A DNA stretch of 64,000 nucleotides from Polyangiaceae bacterium. GTDB lineage: Bacteria > Myxococcota_A > Polyangia > Polyangiales > Polyangiaceae. Position 1 is the stretch's first letter; each line of letters opens with the position of its first letter. Position numbers and translations under genes: made by a program. This document shows, one piece after another, positions 35,321 to 44,915 of this stretch. Under the pieces are notes generated by a model. It was not told where the DNA came from, did no database searches, and saw only the letters and a program-made list of their open reading frames with translations. The DNA lies in NCBI GenBank assembly GCA_033763455.1, contig JANRKO010000059.1, positions 18,375-82,374 of the forward strand, written 5' to 3'.

Positions 35321-35779
35321 ATGAACGCATTTCAAGTCACGATCTTGGGTGCCCTAGCAGGTACGGTAGTGGGCTGCGCTGGCGCGTCGGGGCAGAGCTC
35401 GGCCCCGAGCGTCACGAATCCTCCCTCGGAAAAACCCGACCACGAGGCTCAGCACGCGGGATCTCACCACGCAGAGCGCGCTGTTTCCTCTTCGGAACGC
35501 GCCGCGTACGAGAAGGCAAAACCCATTTTTGATCGCTACTGCTCCAGCTGCCACACCACCGCAGGAAGCCGATCGCAAGGTGGCGCTCTTCAGCATTTCG
35601 ACATGGACCACTACCCGTTTGGCGGGCACCACGCCAACGAGATAGCTGCAGCCGTGCGTGGAGTCTTGGGTGCGGATGGCAGCAAACCGAGCATGCCCCC
35701 GGATCGGCCAGGAGCCGTGGAAGGCGAGGATTTAAAGTTGATCCTTGCCTGGGCGAGTCAGGTGGGCGCCAGCCACTAA
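35321..35779 (+). CDS. monoheme cytochrome c lipoprotein
   Basis: Lipobox VVGC; CSSCH heme motif; distal MPP; His-rich linker. Confidence 0.8.
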   Translation: MNAFQVTILGALAGTVVGCAGASGQSSAPSVTNPPSEKPDHEAQHAGSHHAERAVSSSERAAYEKAKPIFDRYCSSCHTTAGSRSQGGALQHFDMDHYPFGGHHANEIAAAVRGVLGADGSKPSMPPDRPGAVEGEDLKLILAWASQVGASH

Positions 35780-35838
35780 GTGGCGTAGCGTGACGGGGGT
35801 CTGGACAAAAGATCAGAAAGACAATCTGGCTTCTGCGC

Positions 35839-36593
35839 TTACAGGCACGTCGGCGTCGCGCATTCGAGCACGATATCGTCGATCCAAAAATCGAACGTCT
35901 CTCGGTACGTGATGAAATGCAGTATTTGTGTCATGCCGGAAAATAGTGGCTCGACGCCCTGACAGCTCCGAGCGGTCTTAGCTCGCGGAGCGGAACGCGG
36001 ATTTGCGTCCAAGTGGGTGGCACGACCAACTCTTTACCCTGCCAAGCAATGCCCTGCGCTTGGGCCATCCAGTAGCTATCGGTGACCTCACCCGTGACTG
36101 CGAAGATCAGTCGCTCCGCGTTGCTGAGGCCACAGCGTGCCCAGAAAGTGAGCGTGGCGTCTTCGGGGAGGCTGAAATGCTCGTGACTTAACACCTCGAC
36201 GCCCGAGCTCGTTTGCAGATCAACGATGTGCAGCGCCTTCCGGCTAGCCTCGCGTGGGGGCGTCAGAAGTTCCCCAAGTAGGCGAGCTGCGGGCATCATC
36301 GACGTCCGCGGGGTATATGGTTGCCAACGCAAGATGGCCGTCGTCTCCCAGTCTTCAAGCAGGATGGTTGCGGGGGAGACCGGCGGCGGGTTCATTGTGG
36401 GAGCTGCGCTCATCGTAGGAATCGCACTTGCCGTCGGGACTGCGCTCCCTGTCGGGATCGCGCTTGTGCTCGCGGGCGGCGAAGGCCCAAATTTGTTGGC
36501 ATCCGACTCGGAAACGCCACCGCAGTTGGTTACAGCGAGCGCCGCGGCGCCGAGAGCTGAGCGCCTAAAATTGCGCGCCACTTGGAAAACCAT
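35839..36593 (-). pseudogene. lipoprotein with CBM11/CIA30-like beta-sandwich, frameshifted near 35955
   Basis: LTFWAR...WTQIRVPL, then the typical ending ILHFI...FDFWIDDIVL lies in a different frame with stop at 35839. Confidence 0.55.
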
Positions 36594-36990
36594 TCGGTGA
36601 GAATACGCTCCAGCGGCCCGATGGGCGAACCCTATTTCGGCCTCTACCAAGGGTTGCCTCCGTGTCGAGACACACGGAGGCCAGGCAAGACGACACAGTT
36701 TGAGTCCACCTGTCGCGTTTTTGCTAATGAGTGGCCACGAATCGGCACGTCGACTTCTTAGGTGTGTGTGGATCTAGCGAACACGCACACGCTCTGGCTA
36801 CCTGCATGGGGCAAGAATGGTACCACCGCCCACGCTTAGTGCTCGCGGGTTAGCGACTTTCGCGCAGGAACTGCGATTGTTCACAAGACTGACGCAAGCG
36901 GCGCGTGAGCGAACGAAAGGGAAACCCCCTCACTCGCGGTAAAATCGCACTGCTACCTATGTTTGCGGAGAGCCTCCCTGTGCAGTGAAT

Positions 36991-37006
36991 TGGCACGGGT
37001 CCTGCT
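36991..37006 (+). promoter_or_regulatory. sigma54 -24/-12 promoter
   Basis: TGGCACGGGTCCTGCT (GG-N10-GC) upstream of 37086. Confidence 0.55.
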
Positions 37007-37085
37007 GGAGTTGTGCCATGCTGAGAATAGGAACAAGAAACGCAAGAAGCTGGCCCCCCACCGTCGGCTCATCTTTGGTGGAGTG

Positions 37086-37586
37086 ATGCTCTCATCGGTA
37101 TTGTCAAGCGCTGCGGCCGTGGCGCAACCAGCCCCAGCCAGCTCGGATCCTTCGCCTACCGTTGTTGCGCCCATGCACACGCCACCGGTTCACCACGGGC
37201 TCTTCGACGATTCGAGGTACCGTAGCCCAGGGTTGGCTGTCGCGCTCTCCCTCACACCAATGCCTGTCGACTTTGGTAACCTGTACGCCGAGAACCTTGC
37301 TTGGGGCGTAGCTTACACCGCAGTTGAGTTGTCCTTGCTAACTCCGGTCGTTTGGCTCACGGGAGGCCACATGAACCATGGCGGGGACGACACTCGACGT
37401 TGGAGCGATGGCGAGCGAAATACAGTAATTGGCGACCTTTCCGCCTATGTCGTCGTCAAGCTCGTTGCCGGGCTGCACGCTGGATACTCGGCACGCCAGT
37501 TCAACGCCGAACGCAAACCGACAACTATGATTCTTATGGCACCTACGGCGGGCGGAGCCCTTGTGAGTGTGGGCAGAAGCTTCTAA
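37086..37586 (+). CDS. hypothetical membrane protein with His/Met motifs
   Basis: Signal-like N-terminus, RSPGLAVALSL...FGNLYA, TM helices, GHMNHG. Confidence 0.6.
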   Translation: MLSSVLSSAAAVAQPAPASSDPSPTVVAPMHTPPVHHGLFDDSRYRSPGLAVALSLTPMPVDFGNLYAENLAWGVAYTAVELSLLTPVVWLTGGHMNHGGDDTRRWSDGERNTVIGDLSAYVVVKLVAGLHAGYSARQFNAERKPTTMILMAPTAGGALVSVGRSF

Positions 37587-37609
37587 CCGAGAGCAAACGA
37601 CGCCACCTC

Positions 37610-37835
37610 TGGCGCTTATCGGGCCGCAGGCACCCGCCACTAAGCTGAATGGCAAAAGAACCAGGTGTGAGAGGCGTAGATTCTCAGTGGTCATTTCGAT
37701 GTTTCCTTGGAAGTGTTGTTTATCCTTGAGCGAAGCTTGTTGCTGTTGTTAGCGATCTTTCGCGAGCATCCTCAAACAGCCATAGCGACAGAAAACTTTC
37801 ATAAGCTCATCGATTTTCTGATTTCGTTCGGGTGC
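37610..37835 (-). pseudogene. relic csoR 3' end plus signal peptide of the His/Cys lipoprotein family
   Basis: ERNQKIDELMKVFCRYGCL matches the CsoR C-terminus ERKQKIDELMQVFARYGCL; downstream LSHLVLLPFSLVAGAC matches LSRLVLLPLTLAAGAC. Confidence 0.75.
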
Positions 37836-37905
37836 GCGCCGCCGTGACGCCGCGTTGGCTCCCGCGATTCGGCGGCGTACGGGGCCGTCAAACTCCGCGC
37901 GAAGC

Positions 37906-39102
37906 ATGACCCTTCTCGTTCGCTCTCGTGAATGCCACGCTGTCGGCCAACAGCCGTTCGAAGTCGTCGAGCGCAAAGGTATCGGCCACCCGGACACCAT
38001 CTGCGACGCCGTTGCAGAGCACATTTCCCAGCAGCTCTGCCGCTATTACCTACAGCACTTCGATCACGTCCTGCATCACAACGTCGACAAGGTGTTGCTG
38101 TGTGGCGGAGCTGCTCGCCCGACATTCGGCGGGGGCGAAGTGCTCGCCCGGATCGAGATTTACTTGGCAGGGCTTGCCACGACGCAGGTGGGCGACAAGA
38201 GCATTCCCGTCGCCGAGATCGCAATCGAGGCCTGTCGCGAATGGTTGCAGGAGAATCTGTCCGAGCTCGACGTCGCGCAGCAGGTTCGGATCCATTCCAA
38301 GTTGCGGCCGGGCTCCCACGGCCTAACGGAGCTCTTCCTGCGCGGCTCGAGCCTGCCGCTCGCGAACGACACGTCGTGTGGCGTCGGCTTTGCACCCCTG
38401 ACTGATCTCGAAAGCCTGGTGCTTGCGGTCGAACGGCGACTGAACGAGCCCGCGTTGAAGCGCCTGCATCCGGAGCTTGGCTCGGATGTGAAGGTGATGG
38501 GCGTACGTCGCAGTGACGACATCGAGCTCACTGTCGCGTGCGCGATCGTGTCGCGTCATGTGCCCGATTTAGCTGCGTATTTGGCAGCCAAGGACTTGGT
38601 CGTCCAGCTCGTCCTCGCGACGGCTGCCCAGACCACCAAGCTCCACGTCAGCGTGATCGTCAACGCCGAAGACGTGCCCGAGCGCGGCGAGCTCTTCCTT
38701 ACGGTTACAGGGACCTCGGCCGAAGCAGGCGACGATGGCGAGGTCGGGCGCGGCAACCGCGCCAATGGGCTCATCACTCCGTATCGCCCCATGACGCTCG
38801 AGGCTGCGGCTGGCAAGAACCCGGTCAATCACGTCCGGAAGCTTTACAACCTGGCGGCAGGTCGAATGGCGGAAGCGCTCGTGGAACTTCTGCCTCAGGT
38901 TCAAGACGCCAGCTGCGTGCTCGTGAGTCGGATTGGCGAGCGCATCGACGAGCCTCAGGCCACCGACATCGAGCTTGGACTCGACGACCCTTCCCAAGCC
39001 GAATCGCTCACTCCCCGCGTCATCGAAATAGCGCGATCCGTGCTCCAAAATCTACCACGTCTCCAGCGCGGGTTGCTGGAGGGCACCGTGACCGTCTTCT
39101 AG
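37906..39102 (+). CDS. archaeal-type S-adenosylmethionine synthetase (methionine adenosyltransferase)
   Basis: [55 protein letters not shown]. Confidence 0.9.
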   Translation: MTLLVRSRECHAVGQQPFEVVERKGIGHPDTICDAVAEHISQQLCRYYLQHFDHVLHHNVDKVLLCGGAARPTFGGGEVLARIEIYLAGLATTQVGDKSIPVAEIAIEACREWLQENLSELDVAQQVRIHSKLRPGSHGLTELFLRGSSLPLANDTSCGVGFAPLTDLESLVLAVERRLNEPALKRLHPELGSDVKVMGVRRSDDIELTVACAIVSRHVPDLAAYLAAKDLVVQLVLATAAQTTKLHVSVIVNAEDVPERGELFLTVTGTSAEAGDDGEVGRGNRANGLITPYRPMTLEAAAGKNPVNHVRKLYNLAAGRMAEALVELLPQVQDASCVLVSRIGERIDEPQATDIELGLDDPSQAESLTPRVIEIARSVLQNLPRLQRGLLEGTVTVF

Positions 39103-39439
39103 CGAAGCGGTGCACCCGAGCTTGGACAAACCGGCGCCTTCAGGGTGGCTGGCAACCTTGCGCAGAAATCACGCAACGGTCCCTCCTCCCTGCAAGAACT
39201 GCGTGGTTACGATTGCAGAGTATTCATGTCACGCACTATGTCGGCGCGGCCTAGATAGGTTGCAATGCTGTTCGATTCCCATGCCGCGAGTTTCATTGCT
39301 GCCGCTGGGGCAAAGCACGTGGGTGGGCGAGGTAACGCCGTGTTGTCCGCCGGTAGAGCTACGGGTCAACCGTGCTCAGTTGAGGCATTTTGCCACGCGA
39401 CAGAGCACCAAGTGGCATCTTGGGCACGACAGATGCGTA

Positions 39440-39484
39440 TGGCACAACACGTGCTTAACCACATTCTATACCCCCTGGGGGCAT
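39440..39484 (+). promoter_or_regulatory. sigma54 promoter followed by CsoR-type operator
   Basis: TGGCACAACACGTGCT (39440-39455) and ATACCCCCTGGGGGCAT (39468-39484). Confidence 0.7.
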
Positions 39485-39566
39485 GGGTCATGCCTCGATG
39501 AACTTGAAGAGTTCGATGATGATGCCCAACTGCCAACACCCAAATAGTGAATGGAGACCTTCCGAA

Positions 39567-40388
39567 ATGAACCCATGGATCACGCAGCTCCTTCGTCCGC
39601 CCGGGAGCCTATTGCTCGTCATGGCAGTGCCCGCGGTCGCCTCCGCACAGGCAGCGATGGCCCCAACGCCAAACGGGGTTGAGATGGAAGCTCCTCCAGC
39701 GGGCCCCGCACCGATGGAGGGCAGTCATGGCAGTGCGAACGCAGCGGAACCTTCCGGGCATCACGCGATGACGCACCCGTTCTTAAGCCACATGGGGCTG
39801 CCCGACGGACCCGGTGAAGCAAGTGTGCGCGTAACCGGCATTCAACGCGGCCTGAGGGATAGTTCCGGGACGGATGCGGCCTTTCACGTCGAAGCGGGGA
39901 TTGCCGATCGCCTCGGTTTGCACTTGCGCAACGACGCCATTACCGGAGCCGGCATGCGCTCCGCGGATGGGAAAATGGAGGACCACGGCACGGAGTTGAT
40001 GTTGATGTACGCGGTGCTCGAAGATGCCGAGGCGACGCGCGGTGTGTCACTGTTTGGCGAGGTCGCTGCACCTACCGTTCGTGGCGAGGGGCCGTCCGTG
40101 AAATTTGGAGGCGGAGTCGGGGCGCGTTTCATTCTGGCGACCCGGCTTCAGTGGGACGGAGTCGTGCACATCGCGCCAGCCGAGGGCAAGGGCGCCGAAA
40201 TGGGGTACGAGACTGCGCTTGTGGTCCGTACGGTGGGCCGCGTTTTTGGGGTCGTGGAGACACGCGGCGAAATTAGCAGCGGCGCGCCCACGAACTACGT
40301 TCTGTTTGCGCCAAAGGTTGGCTTGGGTGAAACTGGTGCTGCTCGGCGGACGCCTCTATCCGTAACGGAGAATTATCATCATGCATAA
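39567..40388 (+). CDS. putative outer-membrane protein with His/Met-rich N-terminus, possibly 3'-truncated
   Basis: Signal peptide AVASA; MEGSHG...GHHAMTHPFLSHMG; alternating beta-strand pattern; no terminal aromatic strand. Confidence 0.55.
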   Translation: MNPWITQLLRPPGSLLLVMAVPAVASAQAAMAPTPNGVEMEAPPAGPAPMEGSHGSANAAEPSGHHAMTHPFLSHMGLPDGPGEASVRVTGIQRGLRDSSGTDAAFHVEAGIADRLGLHLRNDAITGAGMRSADGKMEDHGTELMLMYAVLEDAEATRGVSLFGEVAAPTVRGEGPSVKFGGGVGARFILATRLQWDGVVHIAPAEGKGAEMGYETALVVRTVGRVFGVVETRGEISSGAPTNYVLFAPKVGLGETGAARRTPLSVTENYHHA

Positions 40389-40617
40389 GAACACTCAGAA
40401 ATCGCCCGAAATCATCCTTGAGCAGACCGAGATCCCGATCGAGCTCATCGCCAGTCGTGCGTATGACAAATGGCAGCAACGTGGGTGCCCTCTTTGGGAG
40501 GAACAGACGGACTGGTTCGCCGCTCGGACTGAGCTTGAACAGCAAGCTAGCCACCCGCAAGAAATGCTCGAGAACGCGCTTAATTCCCACGTGAAGGCCG
40601 CAGACGGAAGCGAATAA
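40381..40617 (+). CDS. DUF2934 domain protein
   Basis: IASRAYDKWQQRGCP.....DWFAARTEL. Confidence 0.75.
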   Translation: MHKNTQKSPEIILEQTEIPIELIASRAYDKWQQRGCPLWEEQTDWFAARTELEQQASHPQEMLENALNSHVKAADGSE

Positions 40618-40748
40618 TTGGCGCTGACAGCAAGCAGTCACCGGGGGGGGACTCCGATTTGACCATGTGGGGCAGCCCGGGCTCGTCAACAATGGTTAGA
40701 GCGCTCGGGCTACGGCATGCAGCGACATGATAATATGAAAGGAAGGGA

Positions 40749-41513
40749 ATGAACATGATTCGCTCAATCTGGTACACATCAACTCTCAGTTTGCTCGCAG
40801 CGGCATGCGCATCGACTCCGGGCGCAAAACCGCACGACATGAGCGACGCGCAGCACGAGCGAGAAAGCCAATCGCAAGGCGCCACGGCGGACGCTCACGC
40901 AGCCCAGTACGACTCGAATGCGAGGGTCGAGCGCTGGCGGTGCTCGCCCAGGGGAGGCGGGCGCGCCGGTGCAGAGTTCGGCGGATGTTGGAGCTCCGTC
41001 TTGAACCCAACGACGGCGCATCTCCACGCCGCCGAGGATCACCGGCGGCAGGCGGCAGATCATCGTGCGGCCTCTGCTGCCCTCCGCGGCGCTGAAGCTC
41101 GAAGCTGTGTCGGCATCAGTTCCGACGACCGGGACATGAGCCCGTTCGAGCACGTGGAGGACATCACAAGCGTGGAGCCGTTGATAGACCGCAACGGCAG
41201 CAGCGTGGCACCCTCCCTGCGGACGGTCGGAGCAATCGTCACGTTCCGCGCGGTTCCCGGCATGACGTCGAAGTGGTTGCAACGCGTGATGGACTGCCAC
41301 CTTGCCCGCAATGCCTCGCTTGGTCATACGGTGCCCGAGATGCCGAACTGTCCGCTCGTCCTGAAAGGAGCCCAAGCGCGCGTGACTGCAACAGGCAACG
41401 GATTCGCGGTAGCGATTCGTTCCGACGACCCTGCTACGGCGCGCGAGATCCTGTCGCGTGCAGAGCGACTTCACGCCGCAACCGTTAACTCCGCGGCATC
41501 AACAACTAGGTGA
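40749..41513 (+). CDS. His/Cys-rich lipoprotein family copy 2
   Basis: RBS AAGGAAGG; lipobox AAAC; HDMS..QH, DRDMSPF, WLQRVMDCHLARN, GHTVPEMPNCPLV. Confidence 0.85.
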   Translation: MNMIRSIWYTSTLSLLAAACASTPGAKPHDMSDAQHERESQSQGATADAHAAQYDSNARVERWRCSPRGGGRAGAEFGGCWSSVLNPTTAHLHAAEDHRRQAADHRAASAALRGAEARSCVGISSDDRDMSPFEHVEDITSVEPLIDRNGSSVAPSLRTVGAIVTFRAVPGMTSKWLQRVMDCHLARNASLGHTVPEMPNCPLVLKGAQARVTATGNGFAVAIRSDDPATAREILSRAERLHAATVNSAASTTR

Positions 41514-41604
41514 GCACAGGACCCAAGGTCTGGACGGATTGCGCGAACGCCTTGCTGAGTATGCTCAAATGGGCGCTCGGATGCAATTGCGGAAAGCACT
41601 TGCG

Positions 41605-42072
41605 TCAGTGGCTGCCGCCGGCTCCAGCGCCACCAGTTCCGGCACCGCCGGTTCCCGATGCCGCCGCCAACGCGAATGTGACTACGTTGGAGTAGTTGTT
41701 ATGTTCTGCGGCTTCTTTGCCCATGGCCATCACTCGGTAGGCGTAGGTAACTCCGGCCGTTAGCGGCGCATCGTGGTACTGAACCGTGTTAAAGGGAAGC
41801 GTACTGACCACGGCAAATTCTGCGGCACCTGCTTTACGTTCGAGCATGAACTGCGATTCGTTGTCCGAATTGTCTTTCCAGGTTAGGTGAGCTCCGCCCC
41901 CAAGCTCCATCGCGGACAGTTCGCTTGGGGCGTTGGGCATCATGTTGTTAGACATGTCCATGCCGCAGGCTACGGTAATGAATGCAGCTGCCGACGTAAA
42001 CGTGAGTTTGGTGAGGTTGGTGTGCACAGGTCGCATGTTTTGGTTCCTTGTTGGCTTGATGAATGTTCTCAT
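41605..42072 (-). CDS. fibronectin type III lipoprotein with Met-rich N-terminus
   Basis: TVAC lipobox, MDMSNNMM, PNAPSEL...LTWKDNSDNE...YAYRVMA. Confidence 0.7.
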   Translation of the reverse strand: MRTFIKPTRNQNMRPVHTNLTKLTFTSAAAFITVACGMDMSNNMMPNAPSELSAMELGGGAHLTWKDNSDNESQFMLERKAGAAEFAVVSTLPFNTVQYHDAPLTAGVTYAYRVMAMGKEAAEHNNYSNVVTFALAAASGTGGAGTGGAGAGGSH

Positions 42073-43508
42073 TGAGTTAGCCGCAGTTCGCCCATCATTC
42101 CACGCTCGGCGTGCTCAAGGATGTGACAGTGGTACATCCATGTCCCTGGTGTGCCGTAGCGAACGGCGAACCGCACGGTGCTTTTTTGTGGGACATTTAC
42201 CGTGTCTTTCCAGCCTACGTGGGCGGGGGGCACGCCATCGACATCCAGAACCTTGAAGAACATCCCGTGCAGATGAAAAGGGTGGTCCATTTCGGTGTCG
42301 CTCTTAACGCTCCAGATCTCAATGGCACCTTCTTTGGCATCAATGGGAGGCACGGCTGGAAACTGTTGTTTATTGATGAAAAATTTTGGCTCCTGCCCCG
42401 GTTCCTTAGGTTCCTCCTCCTGCAGCACCAACTCCCGCAGAGGAGCGTCGAGCGGTACTTCAAGGTCAACGGTGCGACCCCAAATGCTAGGCAGCGGTGG
42501 CGGTGTGGGTGCCGCAGCCTCAAATCTTAGACTGAGCAAACTGAGGGGTCCGGGGTCGGCTATGGCGTGACCTCTGTCGTAATGGATTGTCTCCAGCGCC
42601 AATGTGGTGCCCGCCGGGCCTGTTGGCGTCACGAGGACCTCGTAGCGCTCGCCCGGCGCAATCAACAATGTATCTGCTTCATAGGGCTGCGGCAAAAGGC
42701 CGCCGTCCCATCCGATCACCGTGAATCGCTGCCCCGGCAACCTAAGATTGAAATACCGTCCGTTGGCTGCATTCACGAAGCGCCAACGTTCACGCGCCCC
42801 GCTTCTAACCTCTATCTGAGAACCTACTTTGCCGTTGACCAGCAATGTATTGCCCTGCCGCCCCAACATCCAGTCGAGAGCCTCGACGCGGGTTGAAAGG
42901 TTTCCGGTTGACTCAAGCTTTACGTCGTCAAGCACGAACGCCCGGTCGTTCGACACGACAATGTTATCCTCTTCCTTGACGACCAACATGCCGTAGAGGC
43001 CACGTTCCAGCTGGACGTCAGCGTGCACATGCGGATGGTACCAAAACGTTCCGGCGTCATTCGCCGTGAACTCGTAGTTGAATGTCTCCCCCGGTGCGAC
43101 TTCCCTTTGCGTCGAGGGGGTGCCGTCGGCAACGTTAGGAACACGAAGACCGTGCCAGTGGACGGTCGTCGCTTCTGGCAGGTCGTTCCGAAAATGGACG
43201 ATCACTCGGTCGCCCTTATTCGCCAGGATGAGAGGCCCCGGCACTGACGCTTGGCTTCCATCTTTCGAGCTATCCCGATAACCCCAGATGTCAGCAGGGC
43301 CGGCACTCAGGTAACGAGTGGTGCCAGTTGCCGCCACCAGGTTAATTTCTACAACATTTTCAAGGGGATTGACGTCAATTATTGGTGACACCGCAGTTGG
43401 TTCGCCGCCACTCGCGGGCTCGCCTGAGCAAGCGACCGCCCCCAACGCAATGAAGGCGAAAGCCAGGCGCTTGAACGACCGCAGAAGCAAGAACATGGGC
43501 GAACTCAT
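42069..43508 (-). CDS. multicopper oxidase (laccase/CueO-like) lipoprotein
   Basis: Lipobox AVAC; HWHG, WYHPH, HPFHLHG, HCHILEH...M. Confidence 0.92.
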   Translation of the reverse strand: MSSPMFLLLRSFKRLAFAFIALGAVACSGEPASGGEPTAVSPIIDVNPLENVVEINLVAATGTTRYLSAGPADIWGYRDSSKDGSQASVPGPLILANKGDRVIVHFRNDLPEATTVHWHGLRVPNVADGTPSTQREVAPGETFNYEFTANDAGTFWYHPHVHADVQLERGLYGMLVVKEEDNIVVSNDRAFVLDDVKLESTGNLSTRVEALDWMLGRQGNTLLVNGKVGSQIEVRSGARERWRFVNAANGRYFNLRLPGQRFTVIGWDGGLLPQPYEADTLLIAPGERYEVLVTPTGPAGTTLALETIHYDRGHAIADPGPLSLLSLRFEAAAPTPPPLPSIWGRTVDLEVPLDAPLRELVLQEEEPKEPGQEPKFFINKQQFPAVPPIDAKEGAIEIWSVKSDTEMDHPFHLHGMFFKVLDVDGVPPAHVGWKDTVNVPQKSTVRFAVRYGTPGTWMYHCHILEHAERGMMGELRLTQ

Positions 43509-43570
43509 AGGGAGGCTTCGATTCCTTCACAATGCGAGGCATTTGACAAACACCACCACCGACGCTGCAC

Positions 43571-44047
43571 TCAGTTGCGTTTGATGCGCTGCGCGTAGGC
43601 CACGAGGTTCGCCTGCGTCTCGAAGTACGTCACCGCCCCTCTTTCGTCCTGCGCGATAACAGCCTGCGACTTGTCCACGGGGCGGTTCGAAACCGGATCC
43701 GTTGCCGTGCGCGCTGAAATGTCGCGATTGAGGCGTCCTTTGCACATCTCGCAGCAGCCGTAGTAGGTGCGTCCGCCGACCTCGACCGGGATCTGTGCAC
43801 GCCCCATGAACTGGTTGTTGACCATGCACACCTGGCTGCGATCCGCGACCAGAGTGAGGGTGCCGGCCGGCGTCGAAGAACTTGCGGTCGCAGACACCGC
43901 GGGCCTTGCTGGCTGAGTGGAGACGGATGAGGCAGCCGGCACGGGCTGCACCGCGGTCTTTCCGGTGACCGTGGTACGGTTGCCTTCGGAACAACCGGGG
44001 GCGATTAGCGCCAAGGCGACCACTGTTGGCAGGAGGATTCGTCTCAT
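43571..44047 (-). CDS. YHS/TRASH metal-binding lipoprotein
   Basis: Lipobox APGC; VCMVNN...TYYGCCEMC and TDPVS..VDKS. Confidence 0.75.
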   Translation of the reverse strand: MRRILLPTVVALALIAPGCSEGNRTTVTGKTAVQPVPAASSVSTQPARPAVSATASSSTPAGTLTLVADRSQVCMVNNQFMGRAQIPVEVGGRTYYGCCEMCKGRLNRDISARTATDPVSNRPVDKSQAVIAQDERGAVTYFETQANLVAYAQRIKRN

Positions 44048-44551
44048 ATTTGTTTCTGCTTTCTGGGATCTTTCTCTACATGGACATAGGCCGTAGGCAC
44101 CGGCTCGAAGAAGCGTGACAGTCTATTTACTGCTGGAGCGAGGCCCCGGCGTTACGGGCTGATCCGCCACGTTGTCGACCGACGGGAACATGATTCGTGG
44201 ATCGGCGATGGAGACGACAATAGCGCCGGCAAATGATGCTTTGAGGTTCGGGTGGAAAGCGATCGCTACTAGGCAGCGGGGTACTGACTCGCCAGGCACG
44301 TCGTCCTGTGCGATAGGGCTAGGCGCAAGCTTGCTCAGTTGAGGCATTTCGCTACGTGGCCATTGAAGAGCGCTCGCTAAGCGTGTTTCCGGAAGGAGGG
44401 AACACGTCGCAAGAGGTTGCTTAACTCCGCGCAGGGTTTTCTCGGGTGTGCCTGCTGGGCGCAATATGTGCGCGCACTCAGCAAGCCTTTAGTCCACGTT
44501 TCGGGGGCCTCGCGCAGAAAAGGCTCGCACCAGCTCAGTGACGCGCTCCAA

Positions 44552-44596
44552 CGGCATGGTCCTTGCTCTCGAGCACAGCATACCCCCAGGGGGCAT
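44552..44596 (+). promoter_or_regulatory. sigma54 promoter followed by CsoR-type operator
   Basis: CGGCATGGTCCTTGCT (44552-44567) and ATACCCCCAGGGGGCAT (44580-44596), directly upstream of csoR. Confidence 0.75.
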
Positions 44597-44618
44597 AGGG
44601 CAAGGGAACTCCAACATC

Positions 44619-44915
44619 ATGATGAATGAAAACACGAAAAACAAAGTCCTAGCCCGCCTTCACCGAATCTCAGGCCAGGTAGAGGGCATTGCGCGCATGG
44701 TCGAAGGGGACCGTTATTGCGTCGATCTACTGCTCCAGATCGCCTCTGCCCAAGCGGCACTCAGCGAAGCGGGCAAGCTAATCCTACGGTCGCACGTGGA
44801 AATCTGCGTTTCCAATGTTCTTTCATCCGGCAAGCCAGCCGAGAGGAAGCAGAAAATAGACGAACTCATGCAGGTCTTTGCGCGCTACGGCTGCCTGGGG
44901 GCACGCGCAAAGTAG
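44619..44915 (+). CDS. csoR: CsoR-family copper-sensing repressor
   Basis: RLHRISGQVEGIARMVE.DRYC...HVEIC; C-H-C ligand fingerprint. Confidence 0.9.
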   Translation: MMNENTKNKVLARLHRISGQVEGIARMVEGDRYCVDLLLQIASAQAALSEAGKLILRSHVEICVSNVLSSGKPAERKQKIDELMQVFARYGCLGARAK

